A stretch of 51,643 nt of DNA, counting the filler, from Porpidia crustulata (Eukaryota): assembly GCA_964255105.1 (NCBI GenBank). It is 3 parts of 3 records of this genome, joined end to end, with 100 filler letters (N's around TTAATTAATTAA, not from the genome) between each part and the next. Parts side by side here need not be neighbours in the genome. Positions count along the whole stretch, not along the records: positions 17,291 to 34,462 come from CAXUWE010000229.1; positions 34,563 to 51,643 come from CAXUWE010000230.1; 1 more part is not named here. The stretch is one strand, 5' to 3'. Each line of letters opens with the position of its first letter. Within the stretch, counting starts at the first letter, position 1. A program made the position numbers and the translations under genes. This document shows, piece by piece, positions 25,036 to 37,448 of the stretch. The notes beneath the pieces are model-generated. The model was not told where the DNA came from. It worked only from the letters and a program-made list of their open reading frames with translations, and searched no databases.

Positions 25036-25866
25036 GGCAACAGCTTCGACGTTATCTTGTACAGGGTAAGTCGAAGAGCGCAGCTGCACTATGACCCTGA
25101 TTATGATCCTGAATATATGTGGGGGACCAGGGCTGAGGAATGCCTTCCAAATTGTACCTATACATAAAGTAGATGAGGTACTTGATCGGAGGGAGCCGGC
25201 ATGTCGTATCCATAATATAACATCATGTGATCGAAGCGAAATAAGACGGCGATCCCGGGCCGACGGGAGCGGGCACTTCTATCGGCCGGATTCACTCTTC
25301 TAGGTAAGGTACCGACCCTAACGCAGGGATGATGGTGGTGGGGGTGATGCATAATACTCGATTGACATAAGGTAAAACTTGGCGATGGAGGTTGACAGGC
25401 CATGGGTGGGCTCGACAATGTCCCTTGGATGTATTAGCCAATAGTAGAGACGGATGGATGAGAGGGATAAAAGGGCCTGCATTCATCCAACATCCGTGTG
25501 TAACAACGATAAGGCCACGGCCACATACCTTCCAATCCATTCATTTCATCGGGTAACAATCATCATCGCTGTAGCTACCGGAGCACTCGTGTGTACGACG
25601 GACTAGCTGCGCCATCATGGATACACACGTGAAATACCGCAACACCGTGAGTTTTAGTCACGCTGATGCCATATTTTCCGAGTGCCTTATCACGACGGCG
25701 CAGCAATCCCTTTCCCATTCCATCCCATTTCATTTCAACCCCCCATCCCATCGTCGCTGAGGCACTTGATAGCATGTGCTGCTGCTTCTTCCTCTACCCC
25801 TCGCTCACCTAATAGCTCCCCCATCCTCTGCCATGCAAGCCGATTGAAAGCGGTTGAGCTACGGCC

Positions 25867-27264
25867 ATGGACTTGCATCGGGAACCGCCCCCCGGTGGCG
25901 ACCACAACAAAGGCCCGACTTTCCTGGCAGTATCAACCACCACCACCACCGTGATCGCCTTCGTTTTGGTTTGCTTGCGAATCTATGTTCGAACCAGAGT
26001 GGTTCGTGCAGTGGGCTGGGATGACTGGATGATTATCATCGCCATGGCTAGTAACAAATATCCTGGTCCGGCGTGATTCGAACTGACTGGGAACGTAGGC
26101 GCTCGCGACCGTAGGCACCGCCATCAATATACCCGAAGTCTTACGGGGTCAAGGACGACATGAGTATTATCTTACGGCCGAGGCACTCACGGAGGTCTTG
26201 AAGCTCAACTATCTCACCGTTCCATTCGTCATCATGAGCCCATGCTTCAGCAAGCTCTCCATCTGTTTGTTCCTTGTACGCCTTCTCGGGGATGCCAATG
26301 CAAAGAAGAAAAAGCTTTTCCTCCATGGCATGATACCTTTGCTCTTCGTCATCAACGCTGCTGGTTTCATCACTGTCTTTATCCAATGTCGGCCCGTCTA
26401 TAAACTTTGGAATCGGCAAGCCCCAGGTACATGCTGGCCTCCGCGTGCCCAGTTGGTCTTTGCCTACGTGCAAGGAAGTACGTCGAAGGCTGTGGTCCTA
26501 GTCTTTTCGTTTCGCTGATTTGCTCTTGACGCAGCCTTTGCCGCCATATCAGATTTCCTACTCGCAGGATTCCCCATACTCATTATCAAGAATCTTCATA
26601 TGAACAAGCAGAGGAAATATGCGCTGTCTTTGATCATGGGCCTCGGGATTTTGTATGTACTGCTTCTTAACATGTCTTCTTCTATACAGCCATTGACTTA
26701 TAAAATTTCGATTGCAGTGTTGGTATCTGCACTATTGCAAGAACGTGTCTTCTAGATGCTCTGGACAATCTAAGTGACTATACATGTAAGTAGGATATGC
26801 TCCACGTTTGCCAATTGAAGCAGTCTTAACAGAGCTTACAGATTCCTCTGTTACTTTGTTACTTTCGCTTTGTACGTATTGAAGTCGCTCGCTGCGAGGG
26901 AAATTTCACTGATCTGTCCCCAAGCCTGGAGCAGAATGTATGCATATTCGTTGCTTGCGTGCCCACAATTCGTCCCCTTTTCCGTTACTTCGACCAAATA
27001 GAAGGCAAAGTGTCTTCTCATTTTCGGCACAGACAGGGCTACGATATCTACAACCCATCAGCGCATAACCTCACTAAGTTCTCAGAAGGCACCAAAAACC
27101 AGAAGGTACCGGGGTACGGTGCGAGAAGTATCATATCGTCTCATCCAGGCGGAACCTCCACCAAAGGTCTGGAGGGTAAGAAAAGTACGCCATCGAGCCT
27201 TGGAAGTGGTATCAAGAAGACGACGGAAGTGGAACTTAAAGTGGATCCCAGAGAGATTTTTTAA
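25867..27264 (+). CDS. Rhodopsin-domain (PTH11-like, non-CFEM) integral membrane protein; 6 exons
   Basis: LRIYVRTRVVRAVGWDDWMI, GQGRHEY, KLSICLFLVRL, QCRPVYKLWN, SDFLLAGFP, EQNVCIFVACVPTIRPLF; first intron probably GC-AG (26047-26098). Confidence 0.9.
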
Positions 27265-29723
27265 GATTTACCAAGACTTAGATTCGATAGACGTGTCTAA
27301 TGTCGCTGTACGAGAATGCCGAGAAGCTGTAATTGATATTGCCTATACTATCAGTTCCGCATAGGTATTAGCTTTTGTTTCGTATTCAGGTGTAATATAT
27401 AGATGCGCTACTTAGCTATGGAAGCAGAGAGATGCTCGGGGATGAGGCGACAGGGGGCATGCGACTCTGCCAGGGACTTGAGTTACGGCGACGAAGATCC
27501 CCCGTTGGTACTCATTGCTCGACGAAGTAGAACAATAAGTAGACGTAATATAGCCTTAGGCGATCGGAAGTCTCGTCGGCCAAAACCTTTTTCTTGCCTC
27601 TTCAGGTGTGCTAGTTGGACCACCAAAAAGGGGTAGATCTCTATCGCGAGGATATGGTCAGGCCGACTAGTCTACTTAGTTCTTATGACAAGTAAGACGG
27701 CGAGTCGATTCAATAGTGAGGCTATGAAACAACCAAACACATCATGAAGCGTGTAAATCTGCCCAGAAAAGTTCTGATCACATGTTTGGGGCTGTGGCAA
27801 AATTGGTAGGCTAGAACAGTACCCGAATAGGGTGCATGCACTGCAGCAGAAAGTCTCCGTGCTGTGGCCTTAGAAAAACTTCTTGGCAGCTACCACCGTA
27901 GAAGCAGCAGATAGCAACATCCAAAGCAATCGACCTTGTCTTTCTTCAGAATATTAGGCAGATAGCGGATCAGATAGTCATGATTGTTCCGAGCGTGGTG
28001 GAGTCAATCACGTGCGGTTCTTATGCTGCTCGGAACAGTGTCGTAACTAGACAGTCGCTGTATACTCGTACTCAACAGTAAGGGGGTTGCATGGCCCAGG
28101 GTAATACCTCTAGTCCGAGCAGGAAAGGCAGAGCTGAGACTGGTCAGAGGTCTTTGATCTTTGAGGTGTTCCGAGAGTAGTGTAGCACAACAATGAAAGA
28201 AATATGAAATAGGCGTCGATGCCCATGCGCCTTGTCCTTCCGCCACGATCGAGCACCGTTATAATTGGGATATGTTGTGTTTTTGTGTCCTCTTGAGCTA
28301 TTCCTTTTCCCTCTATCCTCGTGTAGAGGACGCAACGGTAGCACATTTCCCTTTGTTCAACGTCAATCCTACCGAGAATTTGGTGAGCGTCTCTATCAAA
28401 TCCTTCTCGTGCAGATCTCGGCGAGGCCATTTCCGCAAGTTTTCATGCAACATAGTGGTGTAGCATCGTAGCCCAGCAATTGGCCCCAGAACCCCTTCAA
28501 CGCTGCTACTATATGGCACGGCAGGAATAAGGACGCTCACAGGCATTTACCGGGTTACTGCAAAAAGGCATCAACAGGGTGTACACCTGTTGATGTATGG
28601 ACGAGGCGAACTAAGGTGAGGTCCGAAATTCACTAGCTGCTAGCCCACCCCCCGGAGGAACCCTAGGAAGTATACCTAAGGTACAGACCGCAGAAAGCAC
28701 TCTGACAAGGTTGATCTCCTCGATCTGGTACGACTTGTGGCTTTACATACGTGAGTGTAGTGACTTACTCAGGCCTCTTAAAGAGCAAGAAGGAAGTAGA
28801 ACCGATTGCAGATTTCGATTGCTTGCCGCTCAAATTAACCTCTTGGTTGCAGGATGCCACAATGACGTTGAGCTACAGACAAAGAAGCCACCGTGGTGCC
28901 CGAGTGACCGACGATTCGTCTTGTTCCGACTTCGTCTCCATCCGTAGGATTCACGTGCTGTTCAACATCACTGTGAATCTGTGCCTAGTCGAGACAAGTC
29001 CCAGAAACGTCCGTTTGATTGGTTTGCCCGTCATTTGGTCATGGCAGAGTCGAAAGAGCTGGCTCTGGGGGCATGTCATCAGCTAGATTGTGGGCCGAGG
29101 ATCATTGTGAGTTCCACTTCTGGATTGAAATGGAAATCCCGTCATGTTTCCGCCGGCGATTTATGCGGCTATCGGGAAGACAACTAGGCTTACACACCTG
29201 AGATGTTTGCACTCGGTAGTACGACACCTCCATGTATCAGTATAGTTACTCTATACACAAAAGTCGGACAGCGGCTTGGTTGGTAATCTCCGCCTCCCTC
29301 GTGCTGAAGCTACCCGTCAGTGCGCTCAAATTTCTATCCGCTTGAAGAGCCTCAACTCTCACCAGTGAATCCTATAGGCTGTGAACACAGATGAGCATTT
29401 GCTGCTTGAGGATAGACGGCAGAGGGCTGGGAATCGATAGATAGCTGACTACGAATCCAGTGCGTCAATGCTTTACTGGCAGTGACGCATTACCTCTGGA
29501 TGCTGGACTCGCAACCTGAACAGTGCTTTGAAATGCAAAAAGCTGCGGTATAGAGAGGCATGCGCTTGACATGCCGCAATTCTCAACCAGTTTACTCACA
29601 TTGTCTTGTCCGGCCCCAGAAAGTGTGCGTTACGCGGCTTCACCAGCTACTAGTTGCCCTAACGTCTCGGTATTGAGTGCCGGAAACAAACCATATCGAC
29701 GAATCCCCACCGATTCGTTCAAC

Positions 29724-30761
29724 TCAATAAGGCGAGGTATGGCGTGCCTTCAGGTACCCCTCCAGATATTGACTGAAGAATCCTGCTGCGACGCATCCGC
29801 CCACAGACCAGAATCCGCGGTGAAACCACCACGCACAACTAGCAGGTTGGCTAAGGTTGACTTGTACAATCATGCTGACCAACGCAATGCCACCGCCTCC
29901 GCAAGTAAGAATAAAGTATACAGGCGGTAACTCGGTTAGCCAGCCTGTCGCGATAAGCAAGATTACCTGCGCAGTCGCCAAAATTGATGCGAGAAGCTTT
30001 GTGTGGTTAGCAAAACGGATGGCCATGGACTTGACTCCTGCTTTCACATCGTCTTTGGTACGTTGGTGGGCGTAGATCGTATCATAGATCACAGTCCAAA
30101 GGACATGGGCCGCAAAGAGGCTCGTCGTGGGGTAAAACAACAGTCGGCTGAACGAATCAACCCCGAACGCAGCGCAGCACATCAAATTGGCCCAGGCGAA
30201 AGGAAAGCCAAGGACGACTTGTGGGCAGTAGGTCAGACGCTTGGCAAAAGGATAGAATGCGAATATAAAAGTGATGGGGACAGCATGATAGGCGCACTCG
30301 AGAGGTAGGAGGGTAAATAATGGTAAGCCCGCGAGGGTCAGTGCCGCGGTAAAGAGATGCCCTCGAGTGGTTGTGACTGCGCCCCAAGCGATAGGCCGGA
30401 GGCGACACCGGACGACCTTTCGATCGAAATCTTGATCAACTTTATCGTTCCACGCGCAGGCGGCGCCACGCAAAACGACATAGCCCACAATGAACGAAGG
30501 CAGAGGGTCTACCACATAGGTAGACCCTCTTCCGATGAGGTGCGGAAAATAGAATGCGTAGAGCCTAGCTGGTCTCTCCAGCCGCATCAATTCGGTTTAC
30601 GGGACCCATGAGGAGGGCAGATTCGAAGCGAAGCCTCTTTGTGGTGGGATGTATGTGGGAAGCTTGGCCGAAGCGGTGGTTCCAAGTAGATCTGCCTTGC
30701 GGTTGGCATTGTTGTCCGAGACCGATGAGGCTCGCGTCTTGTTATCGTTAGGGCTGAGCAT
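29724..30761 (-). pseudogene. UbiA-family (4-hydroxybenzoate-type) aromatic prenyltransferase, disrupted
   Basis: ATG 30761; LPSSWVP*TELMRLERP with TAA at 30597-99 where Tyr is expected; RGAACAWNDKVDQDFDRKVVRCRLRPIAWG; second Asp motif reads YDTIYAHQRTKDD instead of QDxxDD; segment after PHLIG looks shortened. Confidence 0.85.
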
Positions 30762-31548
30762 GTTGAATAGTGATCTTTGAATCTTCAGAAAATTGCTGCG
30801 ATCGTCTGCAGAAAGGGAAGCGGGGCCGCTGCATCCTAAATATCAGATCATGGTCACCATGAGCCAATGCAAATCACAACAAGTAGATCTAGAGCGTAGA
30901 CTTTGTCCTAGAATAGGGCGCTGTCAAAACTGTACTCTCTTGCATTCTCATTGGAAAAGGGTCCTGGGCCCGACCTGTAGGCTCTGAGGTCTGGAAGAAA
31001 CTGAAAGGTTGCGGGCTTGCTATTCTTGCATGAATGTGACTGCGGCAGAGTGAATGGACTGTGAAAGGGCGGGTTATAGTATAATGGTGGTGGTGACTTT
31101 CCGAAGTGATCCTGTTGACTAACCCTAGAACCAGATAATAAATATTAAACCACAAGAATCGGAAGCGTAATTGTCAAATGCGAATCTTAAAGTAGACTAT
31201 GGATGCAAGGTAATTGGTAGTCACGGTGGAAATATTGCAACCTACCTTAGCTATGCATATCTTCGATACCTCTCAACTCCTCCCCAAATATTCTCTGGGT
31301 ACTATGGTCCCATTAGTCGACGATCTCTTACTCAATGCTCGACACTTGACCACCTACTCTTAAGGGCGGCCGCTCAACAAGAATGGCTTCAAATCCTTCA
31401 CAGTGCCTAACATCCAAGTCCGAATAGAGTCGGATGCCAAAGTACATTTGCGTATTTGAGAAACCCAACAGCATATAAGGGCTGTGGTTCAATACAATGT
31501 CAATAGCCCCCATAATTACATGTAATTTCCGTCACGATAGGGGTTCGC

Positions 31549-32290
31549 ATGACCATCTGCCTTCCTACCGGACGAGAGACATTCAAGCCATTTCATTGTC
31601 AGAAGCCATCCAAAGGAATATGCTGGACCTTGCATCCCGCACCTTCTGGCCTCCCCGTTGTCGGCAATTGCTCCAATTTCAGATTGCCCGTTGTGATCAG
31701 GCTACGTTTGTAGCCTGCCGGGTATCGATGATATGACCTCGATACCATTTCTCTATGCCTTGGTGAAAGAAGTGCTGCGCTACCGACCAACCGTACCAAT
31801 CGTACCTTCGCACCAATTGACGCAATATTTCGATTACGCAGGCTACCATTTCCCGGCGGGAATCTAGTTCACTATCAATGGAATTGCGGTCGCCGAAGAC
31901 TACCCGAAGCCGCAAGTGTTTCGGCTGGAGAGATGGCTAGATGGGAACGAGGACACTTTTATCCATGAGCTATTGCATTTCGGCGGGAGGCGACAGGTAT
32001 GTGTCGGTCACAAGGTAGCACAAATGGAGCTGCTTTAGGCTTTTGCAGGGCTCAAGTATTACTTCTATTACGCCGCGGCGAGTCCAATGCGATTGAATTA
32101 CCAGGATATTCTTAGCTTATGCAACAGCAGGCTGGCCCTTATAGTTTTCAGTTGCGACATAGTGCTACAGATGAGCTGTTTCCGGTCAAAATGACTGTCC
32201 GAAGCAAGGCACACCAGCGCCCGATCGTCCAAGAAGCGGCATGTCTTGGAGTCCCCGACTCAACAGAAGCCAAGTCACAAGCAAAGTGAC
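31549..32290 (+). pseudogene. Cytochrome P450 pseudogene with large internal deletion
   Basis: PAPSGLPVVGN hinge (31636-31668) lies only ~100 nt before KEVLRYRP (ExxR, 31766); then FRLERW and heme motif FGGRRQVCVG (Cys 32000-02); in-frame TAG at 31865 and 32036; last exon DELFPVKMTVRS. Confidence 0.85.
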
Positions 32291-33150
32291 TCCATTACGT
32301 CGTTTATAACATTAGAAAGGATAGACGAGAGAGCCTGTGCGGTGGGACCAGTTGAATGTCTTCCTTCGCTACTGCCACGACCTCCGTCTTCGACTCCTTA
32401 ACTCCGTCAAAGAATGTTTTGGCCTCCGAGAGTGCATATTTTTGCATTGTGCTCGCCTTACGCATGCTGTCCACAACTTCAAGGTGCTTTAGAAATGGTA
32501 AAGTGTTGTTGGTGCCCTGACCGAGGACTTGATTGGCATTTTTAATGGAGTTTTCTGTTACTGATAAGTTGATCTTTAATCAACTGACCGGCTGGCTGCT
32601 CGACTGTTTGACTGTTTGACTCATCAAAACAGCATCTAAAACCGTTATCGAATGTCACAACTAAGTCTTCTATAACGTCCCACAAAACTCTCATCAGACC
32701 CTATCAGGGCTTATTGAGTGTAAAGAAAGACTTTATAAAAATCTTGTGGATGAAATGCTATCAGTGACATGGAAATCAACGTCTTTATCTATGTAGTCAA
32801 GCAGGCAATCAGTCAAAGCAAGGGACGAGACAGGAAGCTTGATGGAGAATACTAAAGCAACAGATATGTGCAAGTATTCTCGAACGCAGACATCAAGGGA
32901 CGACCAATCAATACCACTAATTCTATTTTACGGCTCTAGCGCCATCATTTGAGCATATCAGTCACGTGTTGAGGTCTCGTGAAACGGCGTTGAAACCATT
33001 TCCAATCAGATGCCTTCTGCACGCGATCTATTCACGTCGTCCTGTGACGCGCTTCAAGGCATCTGATTAAATAGAATGTCGAGTTTCTAACCTTTTGTTA
33101 CTTGTGTTTGTTTGTGTTCTTTTCAAATCTATCAATATATAGTGTTCATC

Positions 33151-34179
33151 ATGTCAAAAACCACCTTAGCAATTATAGCAGGAGTATCGGCTGCCACAGG
33201 CGCAGTAGCCTCTGCCGCGTTTCTCTCCTCTCGTCGAGACCGCATTACCACACCCGTTCAACCCACGCCAACATCTACCCTACCGACGCCTACACGATCT
33301 ATTTCACTCGCTATTCCGCTCCCAGAGCCTCTCTCAAGAGAAGATGTAGTCCCACCTGTGAATCCTTCTGGATTGTTTCAATATGGCTTCCCCGGCCCTA
33401 TCTCCGATCTACGTCCTACTCTCTCCACAACCTCCGCTTTCGACCGAAGAACTCGCAACCCGGCCTGGGTCGCAGAGCACATAACGCCGGCCTCGCTGTT
33501 CGCCAACAACGGCGACCGGAGACACTCCACCTTCGTCGAGGACGAAAGTATCCCTTCGAAATTCCGAGCAAAACTTCATGACTACTTCCGCTCAGGCTAC
33601 GATAGGGGCCACCAGGTGCCTGCAGCGGATGCGAAATGGAGTCAAGCGGCTCTGGACCAAACTTTCTTCCTCAGCAACATGTGTCCGCAGGTAGGAGATG
33701 GCTTCAACCGAGACTACTGGGCCCACCTCGAAGATTTCTGTCGCCGCCTGACCAACGACTACCCATCTGTGCGCATCGTCACAGGCCCGCTCTACCTCCC
33801 TCGCAAAGACCCGTCGGACGGCAAATGGCGCGTCTCGTACGAAGTCATCGGCAACCCTCCCAACGTCGCCGTACCCACGCATTTCTATAAAGTCATCTTT
33901 GCCGAAGACGGCAAGACGGGTGGGAACGTGAGCTTGGCGGCTTTTGTGCTGCCGAATGCGCCCATTCACAATGATAAGCCGTTGACGGATTTTGAGGTGC
34001 CGATCGAGGCGATTGAGAGGGCCAGTGGCCTGGAATTTGCAAGTAAGCTGCCGTTGCAGCGGAGGAGCAGGCTGTGCGAAGAGATTAAATGCTCGATTCT
34101 GGTGCGGGAATATGCGGAGAGGCAGAAGAATCTGCAGGGGTCACCGCCTTCAAGGAAGAGTCTGCCAGCACCCAGATAA
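33151..34179 (+). CDS. NUC1: Mitochondrial DNA/RNA non-specific endonuclease (EndoG/Nuc1)
   Basis: GYDRGHQVPAAD active site, FFLSNMCPQVGDGFNRDYW, VAVPTHFYKV; intronless; first ATG at 33151. Confidence 0.96.
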   Translation: MSKTTLAIIAGVSAATGAVASAAFLSSRRDRITTPVQPTPTSTLPTPTRSISLAIPLPEPLSREDVVPPVNPSGLFQYGFPGPISDLRPTLSTTSAFDRRTRNPAWVAEHITPASLFANNGDRRHSTFVEDESIPSKFRAKLHDYFRSGYDRGHQVPAADAKWSQAALDQTFFLSNMCPQVGDGFNRDYWAHLEDFCRRLTNDYPSVRIVTGPLYLPRKDPSDGKWRVSYEVIGNPPNVAVPTHFYKVIFAEDGKTGGNVSLAAFVLPNAPIHNDKPLTDFEVPIEAIERASGLEFASKLPLQRRSRLCEEIKCSILVREYAERQKNLQGSPPSRKSLPAPR

Positions 34180-34462
34180 ATAAAGCTATCGAGTTGGAAG
34201 ACTGCATTGTTACCATGAGGATGTATTGCATAGCGAGGAGATTCTATTATTTCGAGCGGGAGTTGCGAGCGGCGTTCAGCCTTGGTTTTCGCGTTCTGAA
34301 TTACCCGGCCGAATCTATAATCTCCACCAGACCCATCTGAAAATACAATACCGAAAATGTTGCAATGCGAGAGCTCCGTCTAAGCCTTGAACCTATCCCC
34401 GGCTCCTCCCACATGCATTAATGACCCATTTCTCATCCAGAGTCCACGCTCATACCCAATAT

Positions 34463-34562
34463 NNNNNNNNNNNNNNNNNNNNNNNNNNNNNNNNNNNNNN
34501 NNNNNNTTAATTAATTAANNNNNNNNNNNNNNNNNNNNNNNNNNNNNNNNNNNNNNNNNNNN
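34463..34562. other. Artificial contig spacer (N44-TTAATTAATTAA-N44)
   Basis: Identical 100-nt linker to 17191-17290. Confidence 0.97.
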
Positions 34563-34728
34563 TACCTATCTAGTGCCCACGAACGACCAGCGTCTCTCTA
34601 TTTCAACCCGCTTTCCCGACAGGGGGAGGCCTTGGACTCTAGCCACAATGCCTTAGCAGGATCGATAAACAGTTTGCCCTAACCAGCTCTATCCGACCTC
34701 CGAATCTTTCCATGCATGGGATGACACA

Positions 34729-36861
34729 TTATCTCAACACAGACGCAACCACTTTGTCAAACTCATCCTTGAGCCGCCGCATGCGGGCCTCGTCCAGAGT
34801 ATCATCGGCTAGGGCCTCACTGACATCGTCGATAGTAAAGTTCTCGCGCCAGCTTCCTATCGGTTCTGGGGGGTTGGGTAAAGCTTTTTTGGCGTTGGAT
34901 GATATTGGTTCCGAGGGTGTGTCTATGAGAGCTAGGGATGAGTCGTCTTCCTTGTGTCCGCTCTCATCATCCAGTGGTGGGATATCTGTTGGCGCTGGGG
35001 ATGGGGTATATTCTTCTCGTTCACTCTCATGATCCTGCGGTGGCACCTCTAATGGTGCTTCTCTTCTCGTGCCACTCGACGCGTGAACTTCGTTCTCTAT
35101 GTTCGGGGGAGGTGAGGTCTTCGCTGCTGTCCAAACGTGTGCTGCTCGGTAATGAGAAATCCGTCTCCATAAGTAGGTAGGAAAAGTCCACCTGAAATAC
35201 GGTTTTTTCATGACTTTTCCTTGACCTGTACGACCTTTGTAGACATATCTGAATGTGTGGTGAAAGGCCTCTCGGATCCAACTCAAGGGAGGCTTTACTT
35301 CCTGGTCCTCGCAAGTGACAGAAGACGGCAGCAGGTTATCAGAGCTCCTGATTGAATGCAAGGACTCGTGACCCAAAAGATCTTTGCACTCCTCCTTTCT
35401 TTGTGTCGCATCAATATTAAGATCCATACCATCAACCTCAGGAGTAGTCGAAGATTCCACGAAACGAGCAACCTCTAGTGATATTTCATCCTCGGACGAC
35501 TCCTCCAGTTCAATTTTGTAGAGGTCCTGATCCGTACCACCAGATGTAGCAGAACCATAGGCCTCCCCTGTGTAGCTCTTGAGCTTTTCAAAGAACTCAT
35601 TGGCAATCTGCATACTTTTAACAGGATTAACGGCGGCGATCCATGTATTCTCCGCCAAGAGCGAAAGCCGGGTTATCTTGGCAACGTTGCTGACAGCATT
35701 GACCTCTTTTTTTGCGTATTTCTCGAGCACCACTTCATCAAAGCTCATACCGCGCAAAGATGCTTCAATACATTGCGCATAGGTACTCCTGTAGAATAGG
35801 AGATCTTCTAATGAATGTGCCATGCATTCTGGATCATCAGGATCATACTAGTCTCTGAAAGGATCCAAGTCCACTGTAAGCCACAAGGGATAACGCTCGC
35901 ATCCAACGCAACGCGGTACAGCCGCGACTCCATCCCAGTCGATGATTCCACAGAGTCGGCCTTCCTTAGTCACCAGTATGTTTTGGAGATCAAAGTCTGG
36001 ATGTGCAAAAACGTAGTCCACTTGACCCTCTATCTTACTGTAATTTAAAATCCAGTCGATGAAGATGCCTAGCATCAAGGGCGTTCCTTTGTCCCACTTG
36101 TCATTTGGTGGCGCACGACGTCCCATCTGGTCGACGAAAAACTCTCTGGGATTGATTCATGGTCCAGACTCATAGAAAGCTGCAGAATGGTCAAGATCGT
36201 CCTCTAGCACTCGTTCGAACTAAACCGCGTGATCCGCAACCTTTGCAGGCCCTAAGGCCAAGATATTTCCGTTTTCGTCGAACAAGGGCGAGCCTCCTTT
36301 GTCAAATGTGAACTTATTGAGCTGGGTCATGGCCGTCGCAAGATCCATCAAGACGTTTTCACGAAACTCCTCGATTGAGTCTGCTGGGATCGTGGATTCT
36401 TGGTTGAACCATAGATCAGACAATGCCGTGCCCTGAATGTAGTCCATTAAGATGAAGGGACAATGGAGCTCATTATCCACGGACGAACCGAATGCATGGA
36501 CTTCCGGAAGTGATATCGTTGTCTCGCGTTTGAGCATCTTCATTGTGCAGGCTTCCGCAGTCAGAGCTCGGGCAGCAATATCATCAAAGCCGGATTGATA
36601 CCCCGTAGAGGGTATTTTCACAATCTATCGAACCCCGTCCGCGAATTCTATCGGAAAGAGTATATTATAGGAGCCGGCTGACGGTGGCGATAAGACTTTG
36701 CATGAAATGGTGTGCGATGCCGAGTCTGAATTTGATTTCCGAACGGCTGTCGCAAGAGCTGGAAGAGCGTCGAGATTGATACTTGCAAGGACTGAGACAA
36801 ACGCAGACATGCCATCTTCATGGCCGCCACTTTCTGACGTTGCTATACTTGAGACCGACAT
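34729..36861 (-). pseudogene. APH/choline-kinase-like phosphotransferase; 711-codon frame with four in-frame stops
   Basis: GSYNILFPIEFADGVR*IVKIP, PFILMDYIQG, HPDFDLQNILV, GIIDWDG; stops at 36625-27 (TAG), 36220-22 (TAG), 36157-59 (TGA) and 35848-50 (TAG); no frameshift. Confidence 0.85.
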
Positions 36862-37448
36862 CCCGAGGGAATTGAGCGGAATAGATGTAAGCGTCTAGGA
36901 GAGCTGAAGCCGAGTGGGTGCGGCGGCCCTGGATTCAAAATGTCTTTGTAGGGTTTACGCGTGTGGAAGGTATTTACAGTGAGATCGAGGTGATGACTCA
37001 ATGACAAATTGAGGGAACAATGAAGCACAACAAATAAGGAGTCGTAAAGACAATAAGTCATATCTTCAGTGTTGAGTCAATTACCTAGACAGTTTGTTGT
37101 TCAATTTACGACGTGTTTGATAGAAATATGAGCACGATGAGTTTGCTACCTGTAGTTTGTTACTTCCTCACATCGATAATGGCGGAGAATTGGATATGAC
37201 AAAGACTTCAAAGAACTGAATATAACAAAGACTCCGCATTCAACCGCCTTACGTGACGGTTGTGAATCAGCCGTCTGGAACTTCCATTGTTCACCAACAC
37301 TGTGCTCAATTGACCGAAAATATGACAGTGGTATTGTGTGCTCTGTTGTCACCTGCTATGAATCAATATCGTTGGCACGGATAAATTGACACCGAGACTT
37401 GCCCCTTTCCTCAGAAAACCCTCGCTGAGTACATTGACAACCCATAAA

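Noticed and set aside
28004..28546. Possible additional cluster pseudogene between the membrane protein and UbiA genes
   Set aside because: Short minus-strand ORFs have no motif I can assign; BLASTX would be needed.
34729..36861. Alternative genetic code explaining the in-frame stops
   Set aside because: Conserved genes here terminate normally with TAG (monooxygenase), TAA (VPS1, NUC1) and TGA (VMA1) and have no internal stops.
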